Source: Polyangiaceae bacterium (GTDB taxonomy: Bacteria > Myxococcota_A > Polyangia > Polyangiales > Polyangiaceae). Taken from it: a DNA stretch of 64,000 nt. Of the stretch, positions 19,223 to 27,961 are shown in pieces. The position numbers were made by a program, and so were the translations under genes. The stretch lies in assembly GCA_965222375.1 (NCBI GenBank), contig CBDCTZ010000012.1:160001-224000 (forward strand). The letters run 5' to 3'. The notes under the pieces are model-generated. The model worked only from the letters and a program-made list of their open reading frames with translations. It ran no database searches and had not been told where the DNA came from. Each line of letters opens with the position of its first letter. Positions within the stretch are counted from its first letter, which is position 1.

Positions 19223-20329
19223 TCAGTACCCTTGTGGTGCGCCGCCGCCCGCTGCCTGCCAGATCTCGTTGAGATCGTTGGTCAAGAAGAAGGGCCACAG
19301 CAGCAGGTACATGATGGGATGTTGCACGCTGGGGTTCGGGACCCCGGCCATTTGTTTGGCGTCGAGCACCTTCTCGGGCAAAGCCCAGAGCTGGAGCAGG
19401 TTGAGAATCGGAATAAAGAACATGATCGGGTTCAGGTCGTCCTTTTGACGGAACGCCTTGAGCTCGCTGACCTGTGTGAAGATCAAGTAGAGCAGGTACA
19501 CGAAGCAGATCATGCCGATCACGAGGTTCATGATCGCGTTGCGGGTTTGACCGATGGGCCCGTGGGCTCCGCCCATGCCACCACCTTGGGGTGCCATGGG
19601 TCCGCCACCGGGGACCGGCCCGCCCATGGCGCCGGGGGGCGCGCCAACCGGTGCGATCGCCATGTTCGGATCCGGCGCCGGGCCGCCACCGGGCGGAGGA
19701 CCGCCGAAACCACCGGGCGGAGGACCACCCGGGTCACCCGGAGGTGGACCACCTGGAGGTGGACCACCTGGCGGAGGTGCGCCACCGGGACCGCCCGGCG
19801 GAGGCCCGTCTGGTGGCGGACCGCCTGGACCACCTGGCGGTGGGCCTCCCATTCCACCCGGAGGCGGACCACCTGGAGGCGGACCACCAGGAGGAGGAGC
19901 GCCACCTGGAGGAGGAGCGCCACCCGGCGGAGGACCACCTGGCGGAGGCCCACCTGCGCCAGGGAAGCCCCCGGCACCGGGGCCTGCAGCCATCGTTCCG
20001 CCCAAGGGATCGGCCGGACCGCCTGGATCTGGCGCACCCGGGGCTGCGGGCGCAGGGCCGGGGGCCGCGGGCGGAGCGCCCGGGGCTGCAGGCGGGGCGG
20101 GTGCGGCGCCCGGGGAGGGCGGCGCCACGCCGAGCATCGTGCCTTTCAGCGAAGGTTTGGGCGCTGCTGGCGGCGCCGAAGCAGGCCGTGGTGGCGCTGC
20201 TGGCGGAGCGTTGACCATCAGCATGGTGCCCTTGAATTTGGGCGCCGCAGCGCCTTTCAAGTTGAAGCCGCACTTCGTGCAGGTTGTCGCCGATGCCTCA
20301 TTTTGAGTGCCACAGTTCGGGCAAAACAC
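19223..20329 (-). CDS. Zinc-ribbon / poly-Pro-Gly / DUF4234-like membrane protein
   Basis: MFCPNCG..CTKCG, long (PPPGG)n linker, C-terminal TMs ending NDLNEIW. Confidence 0.8.
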   Translation of the reverse strand: MFCPNCGTQNEASATTCTKCGFNLKGAAAPKFKGTMLMVNAPPAAPPRPASAPPAAPKPSLKGTMLGVAPPSPGAAPAPPAAPGAPPAAPGPAPAAPGAPDPGGPADPLGGTMAAGPGAGGFPGAGGPPPGGPPPGGAPPPGGAPPPGGPPPGGPPPGGMGGPPPGGPGGPPPDGPPPGGPGGAPPPGGPPPGGPPPGDPGGPPPGGFGGPPPGGGPAPDPNMAIAPVGAPPGAMGGPVPGGGPMAPQGGGMGGAHGPIGQTRNAIMNLVIGMICFVYLLYLIFTQVSELKAFRQKDDLNPIMFFIPILNLLQLWALPEKVLDAKQMAGVPNPSVQHPIMYLLLWPFFLTNDLNEIWQAAGGGAPQGY

Positions 20330-20560
20330 GATTCACCTCCCGGTCCTCGCCAATGCTGCCGGCGAGCCGCCGCAGCCTACACGTGCTTGTCCTGATTTCT
20401 CAAGTGAATCGAGGGGCCCAGGGGTGCGATTCTGGCCCCTTCTGACCGGTCTTGACACCTCAAAGGCGCGATCACTACGGTGCGCTCGCCCGCGCGCGGG
20501 CAAATGGCAGGCACTGGGCAGTGGATCTGTCCTGGAGCCGCCTCACAAGAACGGACAAAA

Positions 20561-21043
20561 ATGGCGTTTACCCTCCCCGCGGAGCAGGAGCGACAGCTCG
20601 AAGAGATTCTGTCGCGCTACCCAAACAAGCAGGCTGCGTGCATTCCAGTCCTGCATTTGTGCCAGGACGCGAACGACAACTGGGTGAGTCCGGGCGTCGT
20701 GACCTTTGTCGCGGATCGCCTCGGGCTGTCGACGGCGCACGTTCAGGGCGTGGTGACCTTCTATACGCTCTTCAATCGAGAGCGCCCGGGCAAGCATCAG
20801 GTCTGGGTCTGCCGAACCCTGTCCTGCGCTCTGCGGGGCAGTGAAGAGCTGCTCGGGCACTGCAAGAAACGCCTGAAGGTCAAGGAGGGCGGAACCACGA
20901 AAGACGGCAAGGTCACGCTGCGCACGGCAGAGTGTCTGGCTTCCTGCGGTACGGCGCCCATGATGCAAGTCGACAAGACCTATTACGAGAATCTCACCCT
21001 CGAAGAAGTGGATCGCATCCTCGACCAACTGGTCGCTGACTGA
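20561..21043 (+). CDS. nuoE: NADH-quinone oxidoreductase subunit E
   Basis: VVTFYTLF, CRTLSC, CLASCGTAP 2Fe-2S ligands. Confidence 0.93.
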   Translation: MAFTLPAEQERQLEEILSRYPNKQAACIPVLHLCQDANDNWVSPGVVTFVADRLGLSTAHVQGVVTFYTLFNRERPGKHQVWVCRTLSCALRGSEELLGHCKKRLKVKEGGTTKDGKVTLRTAECLASCGTAPMMQVDKTYYENLTLEEVDRILDQLVAD

Positions 21044-21069
21044 CGCGCTGATCCGAAGCTGAGGAACTC

Positions 21070-22416
21070 ATGCTGAAGCGAACGTCGTATCTCTCACACT
21101 CCTACGACAAGCCCGACGGGCACACCCTGGCTGTTTACGAACAAGCAGGGGGCTATCAGAGCGCGCGCAAGGCGCTCGGAATGAGCCGAGAGGCTGTCGT
21201 CGAGGAAGTGAAAAAGGCTCACATTCGCGGTCGAGGCGGCGCGGGATTCGACTGCGGAACCAAATGGGGCTTCATGCCCAAGGAGAGCCAAAAACCCGCC
21301 TACCTCGTGATCAATGCCGATGAAGGCGAGCCCGGCACCTTCAAAGACCGCACGGTGATGGAGCAGAACCCGCACGCCCTCATCGAGGGCTGCATCATTG
21401 GTTGTTTCGGAATCGGGGCCCACGCCGCCTACATCTACGTGCGCGACGAGCTGCATCTATCCAAAGAGCGGCTCTGGACCGCCATTCGCGAGGCTCGCGA
21501 GAAAGGCTATCTGGGGGACCGGCCCTTTGGGCGCGACTACCCCGTCGAGGTGTACGTGCACACGGGCGCTGGCGCCTACATCTGCGGGGAAGAGACGGCA
21601 CTGCTCAATTCCCTCGAGGGCAAACGCGGCGAACCCCGCCTCAAACCACCCTTTCCGGCGCAGTTCGGCGCCTTCGGCTGCCCCTCCACGGTGAACAACG
21701 TCGAAACGATTGCCATCGTTCCGACGATTTTTCGGGTCGGCGGTGACGCTTTCAGTCGGGTTTCGTCTTTGCACGATTTTAACGACGGCGGCGCACGTCT
21801 GTTTGGGGTCAGTGGTCACGTGAAGAAACCCGGCGTCTACGAGTGTGCCGTTGGGCTGACCCTGGGCGAACTGATTCACGACTTGGGCGGGGGCCTCAGC
21901 ACGGGCAGCGAAATCCTGGGCGTGATCCCTGGCGGCTCGAGCTGCCCCGTGCACCTGCCCAGTGAAATCGTCAACGTACCGGACGATCCTCGCTTCGAGC
22001 CCTACAATGGCAAGAGCATCCTGGATTTGCCCCTCGGGGTGGATACCTATCGAGCCGTCGGAGGCATGCTGGGTACTTGCTGTGCCATCGTGCTTTCGGA
22101 TCAGGCGGATCCGGTCGTGGCCTTCCACAACCTGATGCGGTTCTACCGCCACGAGTCCTGCGGGCAGTGCACGCCGTGCCGAGAGGGCTGCGGATGGATC
22201 GAGCGGATTGCCGACAAGATCGTCGAAGGCACCGCCAGCATGGAGGAGCTCGATCAGATCACTGACATCGCCTCCAACATCACTGGCAACACGATCTGTG
22301 CGTTCGGCGACGGCGCGGCGCAGCCGGCCCTGTCCTTCGTGAGCAAGTACCGCAAGCATTTCGAGGACTACATCCTGACTGGCGGCAACAGCCAGACGAA
22401 GAGGCTGGTGGCATGA
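21070..22416 (+). CDS. nuoF: NADH-quinone oxidoreductase subunit F
   Basis: RGRGGAGF, NADEGEPGTFKDR, GAGAYICGEET, ESCGQCTPCREG. Confidence 0.97.
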   Translation: MLKRTSYLSHSYDKPDGHTLAVYEQAGGYQSARKALGMSREAVVEEVKKAHIRGRGGAGFDCGTKWGFMPKESQKPAYLVINADEGEPGTFKDRTVMEQNPHALIEGCIIGCFGIGAHAAYIYVRDELHLSKERLWTAIREAREKGYLGDRPFGRDYPVEVYVHTGAGAYICGEETALLNSLEGKRGEPRLKPPFPAQFGAFGCPSTVNNVETIAIVPTIFRVGGDAFSRVSSLHDFNDGGARLFGVSGHVKKPGVYECAVGLTLGELIHDLGGGLSTGSEILGVIPGGSSCPVHLPSEIVNVPDDPRFEPYNGKSILDLPLGVDTYRAVGGMLGTCCAIVLSDQADPVVAFHNLMRFYRHESCGQCTPCREGCGWIERIADKIVEGTASMEELDQITDIASNITGNTICAFGDGAAQPALSFVSKYRKHFEDYILTGGNSQTKRLVA

Positions 22417-23030
22417 GCGCGGGAAACATCCTCTTCCTGGTCGCCTCCCTGCTTTGCCTAGTCGGTGGCTTGGCGACGGTGCTCGCCAAGAATCCGATCC
22501 GCGGCGCGATGGGGCTATTGACCACGATCGTCGGGATCGCCCTGCTCTTCCTCAAGCTCTCAGCGCAGTTCTTAGCTGCTATCCAGCTCATCGTTTATGC
22601 CGGCGCTGTCGTGGTGCTGTTCGTCTTCGTCATCATGCTGTTGGGGCCGGACGCGGGCAGCCGTCAAACCGGGCCCGGAGAGGCTCGGGCTTCGCGCTGG
22701 TTCGCAGCCCTCGGTTTGGTGGCACTCAGCGGTGCGGCGCTGTTCTTGATGACCAAGGGGCAAAAGGCGCTGACCCCGCTACCCGCGGCGACGCCAGATC
22801 ATGGCAGCACGGAAGCCGTGGGCGGGCTCTTGTTCAACCACGCCATCGTGCCCTTCGAATTGGCCACCGCGCTGCTCATCGTCGCCGTGATTGGCGCGAT
22901 CGCGGTCGCCAGAACGAAACCTCATCGCCGGCGAGAGCGAGACCCGAGCCACGAAGGGCGCCGGCTCTTTGCTGGACCGTTGCATCCCCGGGACGCTGAG
23001 CGCCCCTTGACCAAGGAGCCGGCGGAATGA
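22413..23030 (+). CDS. nuoJ: NADH-quinone oxidoreductase subunit J
   Basis: QLIVYAGAVVVLFVFVIMLL; PFE. Confidence 0.95.
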   Translation: MSAGNILFLVASLLCLVGGLATVLAKNPIRGAMGLLTTIVGIALLFLKLSAQFLAAIQLIVYAGAVVVLFVFVIMLLGPDAGSRQTGPGEARASRWFAALGLVALSGAALFLMTKGQKALTPLPAATPDHGSTEAVGGLLFNHAIVPFELATALLIVAVIGAIAVARTKPHRRRERDPSHEGRRLFAGPLHPRDAERPLTKEPAE

Positions 23031-23344
23031 ACGGCCTGGGCAACTTTGTGGAGCACTACGTGCTCCTGTCGTCAGTTCTGTTCACCATCGGCGCGGTAGG
23101 CTTTGTGGCGCGCCGCAATGCCTTGGTGCAACTGATGAGCATCGAGCTGATGCTCAACGCCGTGAATCTGCTTTTGGTTGCTTACAATCGTGCCCACGGT
23201 GAAGTGATGACCGGGCAGATGTTCGCCTTCTTCATCATCGCCGTAGCCGCTGCCGAGGTCGCCGTCGGCTTGGCCATCGTCCTTGCTTTCTACCGACTAA
23301 AGTCTTCCGTCCACAGCGACGAAGCGAACGCGCTCAAGCACTGA
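23027..23344 (+). CDS. nuoK: NADH-quinone oxidoreductase subunit K
   Basis: RRN, MSIELMLNAVN, VAAAEVAVGLA. Confidence 0.96.
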   Translation: MNGLGNFVEHYVLLSSVLFTIGAVGFVARRNALVQLMSIELMLNAVNLLLVAYNRAHGEVMTGQMFAFFIIAVAAAEVAVGLAIVLAFYRLKSSVHSDEANALKH

Positions 23345-23354
23345 GAATCTCACC

Positions 23355-26096
23355 ATGGACGCGCTCACAAAAGTGTTCCCGCCCGGAGACTTCACGCTCC
23401 TCGCAGTCATCGTGTGTCTGCCCCTGATTGGGGCGATCGTGAACGGTGTGTTCGGCAAGCGGCTGGGCAAAGATGCCGTTCGACTGATGGCTCTGACTGC
23501 CGTAGGCGGCTCCTTCGTTGCCAGCATCGTGGCTTTCTTGTTGCTCAAGAAAGCGCAAACGGGAACCGACGCGGTGACCTTCACCTGGACGGCTTGGGAG
23601 TGGCTCCGGGTCTCCGGACGTCACGACATCGGATCGATTCCGATTCAGGTCGGGTTTTCCCTCGACGCTCTGAACGCCACCATGTCGCTGGTAGTCACGG
23701 GCGTTGGTTTTCTGATCCACCTGTACTCGACCAGGTACATGGCGACGGATCCGAGCTTTCACCGATTCTTTGCCTACCTGAACCTGTTCATCTTTTCGAT
23801 GCTGGTGCTGATTCTCGGCTCCAGCCTGCCCGTACTCTTCGTTGGCTGGGAAGGCGTCGGTCTTTGCAGCTATCTGCTGATCGGCTTCTGGTTCGACGAT
23901 GAAAAGAACGCCGCGGCGGGCAAGAAGGCCTTCATCGTCAACCGCATCGGCGATTTTGGCTTGCTCGTCGCGATGGCGCTGCTCGCCTATCACGTGGGTG
24001 CCTTGGACTGGGTCGGCATCGATGGCGGTCGCCAGAACCTGCTCAACCCGGTGAAGCTCTGGCCCATCGGCAATGCGGTTCCCCTCTCCAACCTTTTGCC
24101 CACCGGCGCCGCGGAATGGCTGAACACGCCGCGCTATGCCACCGGCGCGACCCTGGTTGGCCTGGCGCTTTTCCTGGGCTGCGCCGGCAAGAGTGCGCAG
24201 ATCCCCCTATACGTCTGGCTGCCAGACGCCATGGCGGGCCCAACGCCGGTCAGCGCGCTGATTCACGCCGCCACCATGGTCACTGCCGGTGTGTACCTGG
24301 TCTGTCGCATGAGCGCGGTCTTCGTGCTCAGCCCCTTCATCATGTTCACCATCGCTTTGATAGGTGCGATCACGGCGCTGTTAGCGGCGAGCATCGCCTT
24401 CGCGCAGAACGACATCAAGAAGGTGCTGGCCTATTCCACGGTCAGCCAGCTCGGCTACATGTTCCTGGGCGTCGGCGTCGGCGCTTTCGCTGCGGGCTTC
24501 TTCCACGTCGTCACCCACGCCTTCTTCAAGGCCTGCCTCTTCCTCGGTGCGGGCAGCGTGATCTATCAGATGCACAAGCGCATCCACGATACTGACGCTT
24601 CCCAAGACATGCGCAATATGGGCGGCATGCGCAAGTACATGCCGTATACTTTTGCGACTTTTGCCGCGGCATGGGTCGCGATCATTGGATTTCCGTTCAC
24701 CAGCGGTTTCTTCTCCAAGGATGAGATCCTGCTGCGCGCGTATACCAACAGCATTCCCTCGCCAATCGAGGGCGGGAAGATCACTCAGCTGACCGCTGCT
24801 GGCGAGCAGACGATTACGGAACTATTCCTGTGGCCCACCTGGGGCAGCAAGCTGCTGTTCGCGATCGGCATCTTGGGCGCCGTGATGACCGCGTTCTACA
24901 TGTCTCGCTTGGTGTTCGGGATCTTCTGGGGTGAGTTCAAGGGCTGGACCATCAAAAAGAAGTGGAAGGAGTCCGCCCACGACGATCACCACCACGCCTC
25001 CGATCCCAACGAGAAGCTCGATGGGCCGATGCCCAAGGAAAGCCCTTGGGAGATGACGTTGCCTCTGGTCGTTTTGGGCGCCCTCGCCATCGGCGCGGGC
25101 TTTTTGAACGCCCATGTGCTGCACATCCACCCCTTGGATAACTGGCTCTTGCCGGTGTTCGACAAGGCCTCTGCCAACGTCACGGTCGCGGAGGGCGGCA
25201 CCAACTTCGTCCTCGCCTGCGGCTTTGGTGCCTTCTTGTTGGGAACTGGTGCGGCCTACTGGATCTATGTGGTGCAGAGCGGCCGGCCGGCGCGCGCCTT
25301 TGTCGAGCAGTTCCCGCGCCTACATGAGTGGGCCTACAACAAGTGGTACGTCGATGAAGCCTACGACGAGGCGGTCGTGGAGTCCGTCGTGTCCCTGGCG
25401 GACACCGCCAACCAGGCCGACAAATACGTAGTGGATGGCGTTGTGGCCAAGCTGACGGCGCTGATCGCGCAGGGTGCTGGCGCAGGGTTGCGTTTGATAC
25501 AGACCGGTCGCGTACAGGCCTATGCCGCGATGATGGTGGTCGGTGTTGGCGGTCTGGGCTGGTTTCTTTTCGCGCCTCATGCCCATGCCAAGACCGTCGG
25601 GGATGCCGGAGCTGGATCCTACGAGGTCATTGCCGCTCCGGGCTTTGGCTACGAGTACCGCTGGGACGCCGACGGCGACGGCAAGTGGGACACCCAGGGC
25701 TTTGGCGAACAAATGAAGATCAACGTCGCGGTCGAGCGTGGCAAGACCAAGACCGTGCGTTTGCAGGTCAAGAACGCCTTCGGACGCACCGCCGAGCGCA
25801 GCTTCGACGTGGAGCGGCCCAAGGCCGAACTCGGCAGCGGTGGAGTTACGACCATCCAGGTAGAGCGTGGCGCCGACGGAAAGGTCCGCGGCCTGCTCCC
25901 CGGACAGCAGCCGAGCCGACCTCAGGTCCCTGGGCAACGGCCGTCGCGTCCCCAGGTCCCCGGGCAGCGACCGTCGCGTCCGCAGGTGCCAGGCCAGCCG
26001 CAGCGGGAGCCGGGCCCGACGCCCGCGCGGCCCGGCGCTAGACCCGTCCGGCCGCCCCTGCCAGCTGGCCACCCGGGCCTGGGAGACAACCAATGA
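23355..26096 (+). CDS. nuoL: NADH-quinone oxidoreductase subunit L with C-terminal PKD-like and Pro-rich extension
   Basis: GWEGVGLCSYLLIGF, GKSAQIPLYVWLPDAMAGPTPVSALIHAATMV; 913 aa. Confidence 0.95.
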   Translation: MDALTKVFPPGDFTLLAVIVCLPLIGAIVNGVFGKRLGKDAVRLMALTAVGGSFVASIVAFLLLKKAQTGTDAVTFTWTAWEWLRVSGRHDIGSIPIQVGFSLDALNATMSLVVTGVGFLIHLYSTRYMATDPSFHRFFAYLNLFIFSMLVLILGSSLPVLFVGWEGVGLCSYLLIGFWFDDEKNAAAGKKAFIVNRIGDFGLLVAMALLAYHVGALDWVGIDGGRQNLLNPVKLWPIGNAVPLSNLLPTGAAEWLNTPRYATGATLVGLALFLGCAGKSAQIPLYVWLPDAMAGPTPVSALIHAATMVTAGVYLVCRMSAVFVLSPFIMFTIALIGAITALLAASIAFAQNDIKKVLAYSTVSQLGYMFLGVGVGAFAAGFFHVVTHAFFKACLFLGAGSVIYQMHKRIHDTDASQDMRNMGGMRKYMPYTFATFAAAWVAIIGFPFTSGFFSKDEILLRAYTNSIPSPIEGGKITQLTAAGEQTITELFLWPTWGSKLLFAIGILGAVMTAFYMSRLVFGIFWGEFKGWTIKKKWKESAHDDHHHASDPNEKLDGPMPKESPWEMTLPLVVLGALAIGAGFLNAHVLHIHPLDNWLLPVFDKASANVTVAEGGTNFVLACGFGAFLLGTGAAYWIYVVQSGRPARAFVEQFPRLHEWAYNKWYVDEAYDEAVVESVVSLADTANQADKYVVDGVVAKLTALIAQGAGAGLRLIQTGRVQAYAAMMVVGVGGLGWFLFAPHAHAKTVGDAGAGSYEVIAAPGFGYEYRWDADGDGKWDTQGFGEQMKINVAVERGKTKTVRLQVKNAFGRTAERSFDVERPKAELGSGGVTTIQVERGADGKVRGLLPGQQPSRPQVPGQRPSRPQVPGQRPSRPQVPGQPQREPGPTPARPGARPVRPPLPAGHPGLGDNQ
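25899..25997 (+). repeat. 30-bp in-frame tandem repeat (PGQ[QR]PSRPQV)x3+
   Basis: Units at 25899, 25929, 25959 and a partial unit at 25989. Confidence 0.9.
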
Positions 26097-27961
26097 GTCC
26101 TGCCGCAAAGGGCGTGTTCGAGCTGCTGCCGTATCTAGTGGCCTTCGCAGCTTGCGCGATCATTCCACGTCGCCAAGGTGCATTGGAGCGCATCGCCTTC
26201 GGGGTCGTGGGCGCACTGTCCCTGGCCCTCATCCTCGGGCTGTGGCCAGACGCGGCCGCCGCCGGTGACGCTTCGGCTGCGCCACCCGAAGAGTGGCCGC
26301 ACTTGCTCAATGTGATCGTGTTCTTGCCGATCCTCGGCGCGTTGGCGGTCCTGTTCCTGCCCCGGCAAACGCCGAATTTACTCAGGCGCTTTACCCTTGG
26401 GATCTTGGCGGTGGACTTCATCGCCTCGCTGCTGCTGCTGCGAGTGCCCATGTCGCGCGGCTGGCACTTCCAGTACGTGAGTGATTGGCTGCCCAGCTTC
26501 GGGATTCGCTATCACGTAGCTCTCGATGGCGTCAGCTTGTGGATGGTGCTGCTCGCCACTCTGACCACACCGATCGCGGCCTACGTGTCCTTCGGCTCCA
26601 TCAAGAAGCGCACCAAGGACCTGTGCTTCGCCATGCTGCTCTTGCACGGCGCCATGCTCGGTGCGTTCGTGTCCTTGGACTTGTTCCTGTTCTACGTGTT
26701 CTGGGAACTCATGCTCGTGCCGATGATCATCCTGATCGGCGTGTGGGGCGGGGTCGAGAAGATCAAAGCGGCCTACAAGTTCTTCCTCTACACGATGGCA
26801 GGTAGCGTGCTGATGCTGGCCGCGATCCTGTACATGGTCTGGGCGCACAAGTCCGTGGCAGGCTTCGTCACCTTCGACTACTTGGCCCTCTCGCAGCTGA
26901 TCTTGCCCCGGACGGCGGCCTGGCTCTGCTTCGGTGCCTTTGCCTTGGCCTTCGTGATCAAGGTGCCCATGTTCCCGCTGCATACCTGGTTGCCGGACGC
27001 TCACGTACAGGCGCCGACCGGGGGCTCGATCATCCTGGCGGCCGTGCTGCTCAAGCTGGGAACCTACGGCTACATCCGCTTCTGCATGGGCATGTTCGGT
27101 GGCCCGGCCTGGAGTGCGGCGGCCAACCTCGCCGGAATCGCCGTGGGTGGCGGAATTCTCTACGGCGCGCTCGTCGCCTGGCGCCAGGATGACATCAAGC
27201 GCCTGGTGGCTTATTCCTCCGTAGCCCACATGGGCTTCGTGATGCTCGGATTGTTCAGTGGCACCAAGCCCGGTGTCGAAGGTGCCATCATCCAGATGGT
27301 CAATCATGGCATCTCGACCGGCGCGCTCTTCTTGTTGGTTGGCGTGATCTACGACCGCCGCCACACCCGAGAGGTGCGCGAGTTCGGCGGACTCGCGAAG
27401 GTGATGCCCATCTACGCGGCGATTTTCGTGATCGTGACGATGTCGAGCATCGGCGTTCCGGGGACCAACGGATTCGTTGGTGAGTTCATGGTCATCATGG
27501 GGACGTACGTTTCATTGCCCCTCGGCTCTCATGGTGGCCTGCAGGCGATTCTCGCGGCCTTCGGAGTCATCCTGGCCGCGGTCTATATGTTGGGCCTGGT
27601 GCAACGGGTGTTCTTTGGCCCCCTATCCAACCCCAAGAACAAGGGACTGAAAGACCTCAACGTGCGGGAGTCCGTGGCGCTGGCGCCCCTGGTTGCGCTG
27701 ATCTTCGTGATCGGCCTGTTCCCTTCGCTGCTTCTCGAGCGCACGCGCGACTCGGTGGCGGTGGTGATCGACCGCTACAGCGCGAGCCGCAAGGCGTACC
27801 AAGAGATGGATCCTTTGGCGGTCAAGCCGCGCATGATGCCGCGAAAGGGGGGACTGCTGGAGACGGGTTATCCCGAGCCCCCCAAGCCCAAGGAGGTCAA
27901 GGCGGACGCGCCGAAGGCCGAAGGCGACAAAACTGCTCTCAACACGGAGGCGCAGCCGTGA
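26093..27961 (+). CDS. nuoM: NADH-quinone oxidoreductase subunit M (N- and C-terminally extended)
   Basis: FYVFWELMLVPM, IKVPMFPLHTWLPDAHVQAP, LVAYSSVAHMG. Confidence 0.95.
   Translation: MSPAAKGVFELLPYLVAFAACAIIPRRQGALERIAFGVVGALSLALILGLWPDAAAAGDASAAPPEEWPHLLNVIVFLPILGALAVLFLPRQTPNLLRRFTLGILAVDFIASLLLLRVPMSRGWHFQYVSDWLPSFGIRYHVALDGVSLWMVLLATLTTPIAAYVSFGSIKKRTKDLCFAMLLLHGAMLGAFVSLDLFLFYVFWELMLVPMIILIGVWGGVEKIKAAYKFFLYTMAGSVLMLAAILYMVWAHKSVAGFVTFDYLALSQLILPRTAAWLCFGAFALAFVIKVPMFPLHTWLPDAHVQAPTGGSIILAAVLLKLGTYGYIRFCMGMFGGPAWSAAANLAGIAVGGGILYGALVAWRQDDIKRLVAYSSVAHMGFVMLGLFSGTKPGVEGAIIQMVNHGISTGALFLLVGVIYDRRHTREVREFGGLAKVMPIYAAIFVIVTMSSIGVPGTNGFVGEFMVIMGTYVSLPLGSHGGLQAILAAFGVILAAVYMLGLVQRVFFGPLSNPKNKGLKDLNVRESVALAPLVALIFVIGLFPSLLLERTRDSVAVVIDRYSASRKAYQEMDPLAVKPRMMPRKGGLLETGYPEPPKPKEVKADAPKAEGDKTALNTEAQP

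Noticed and set aside
19061..20395. Plus-strand ORFs with RRTTW or GGPP repeats
   Set aside because: Alternate-frame readings of the poly-Pro/Gly region of 19223..20329
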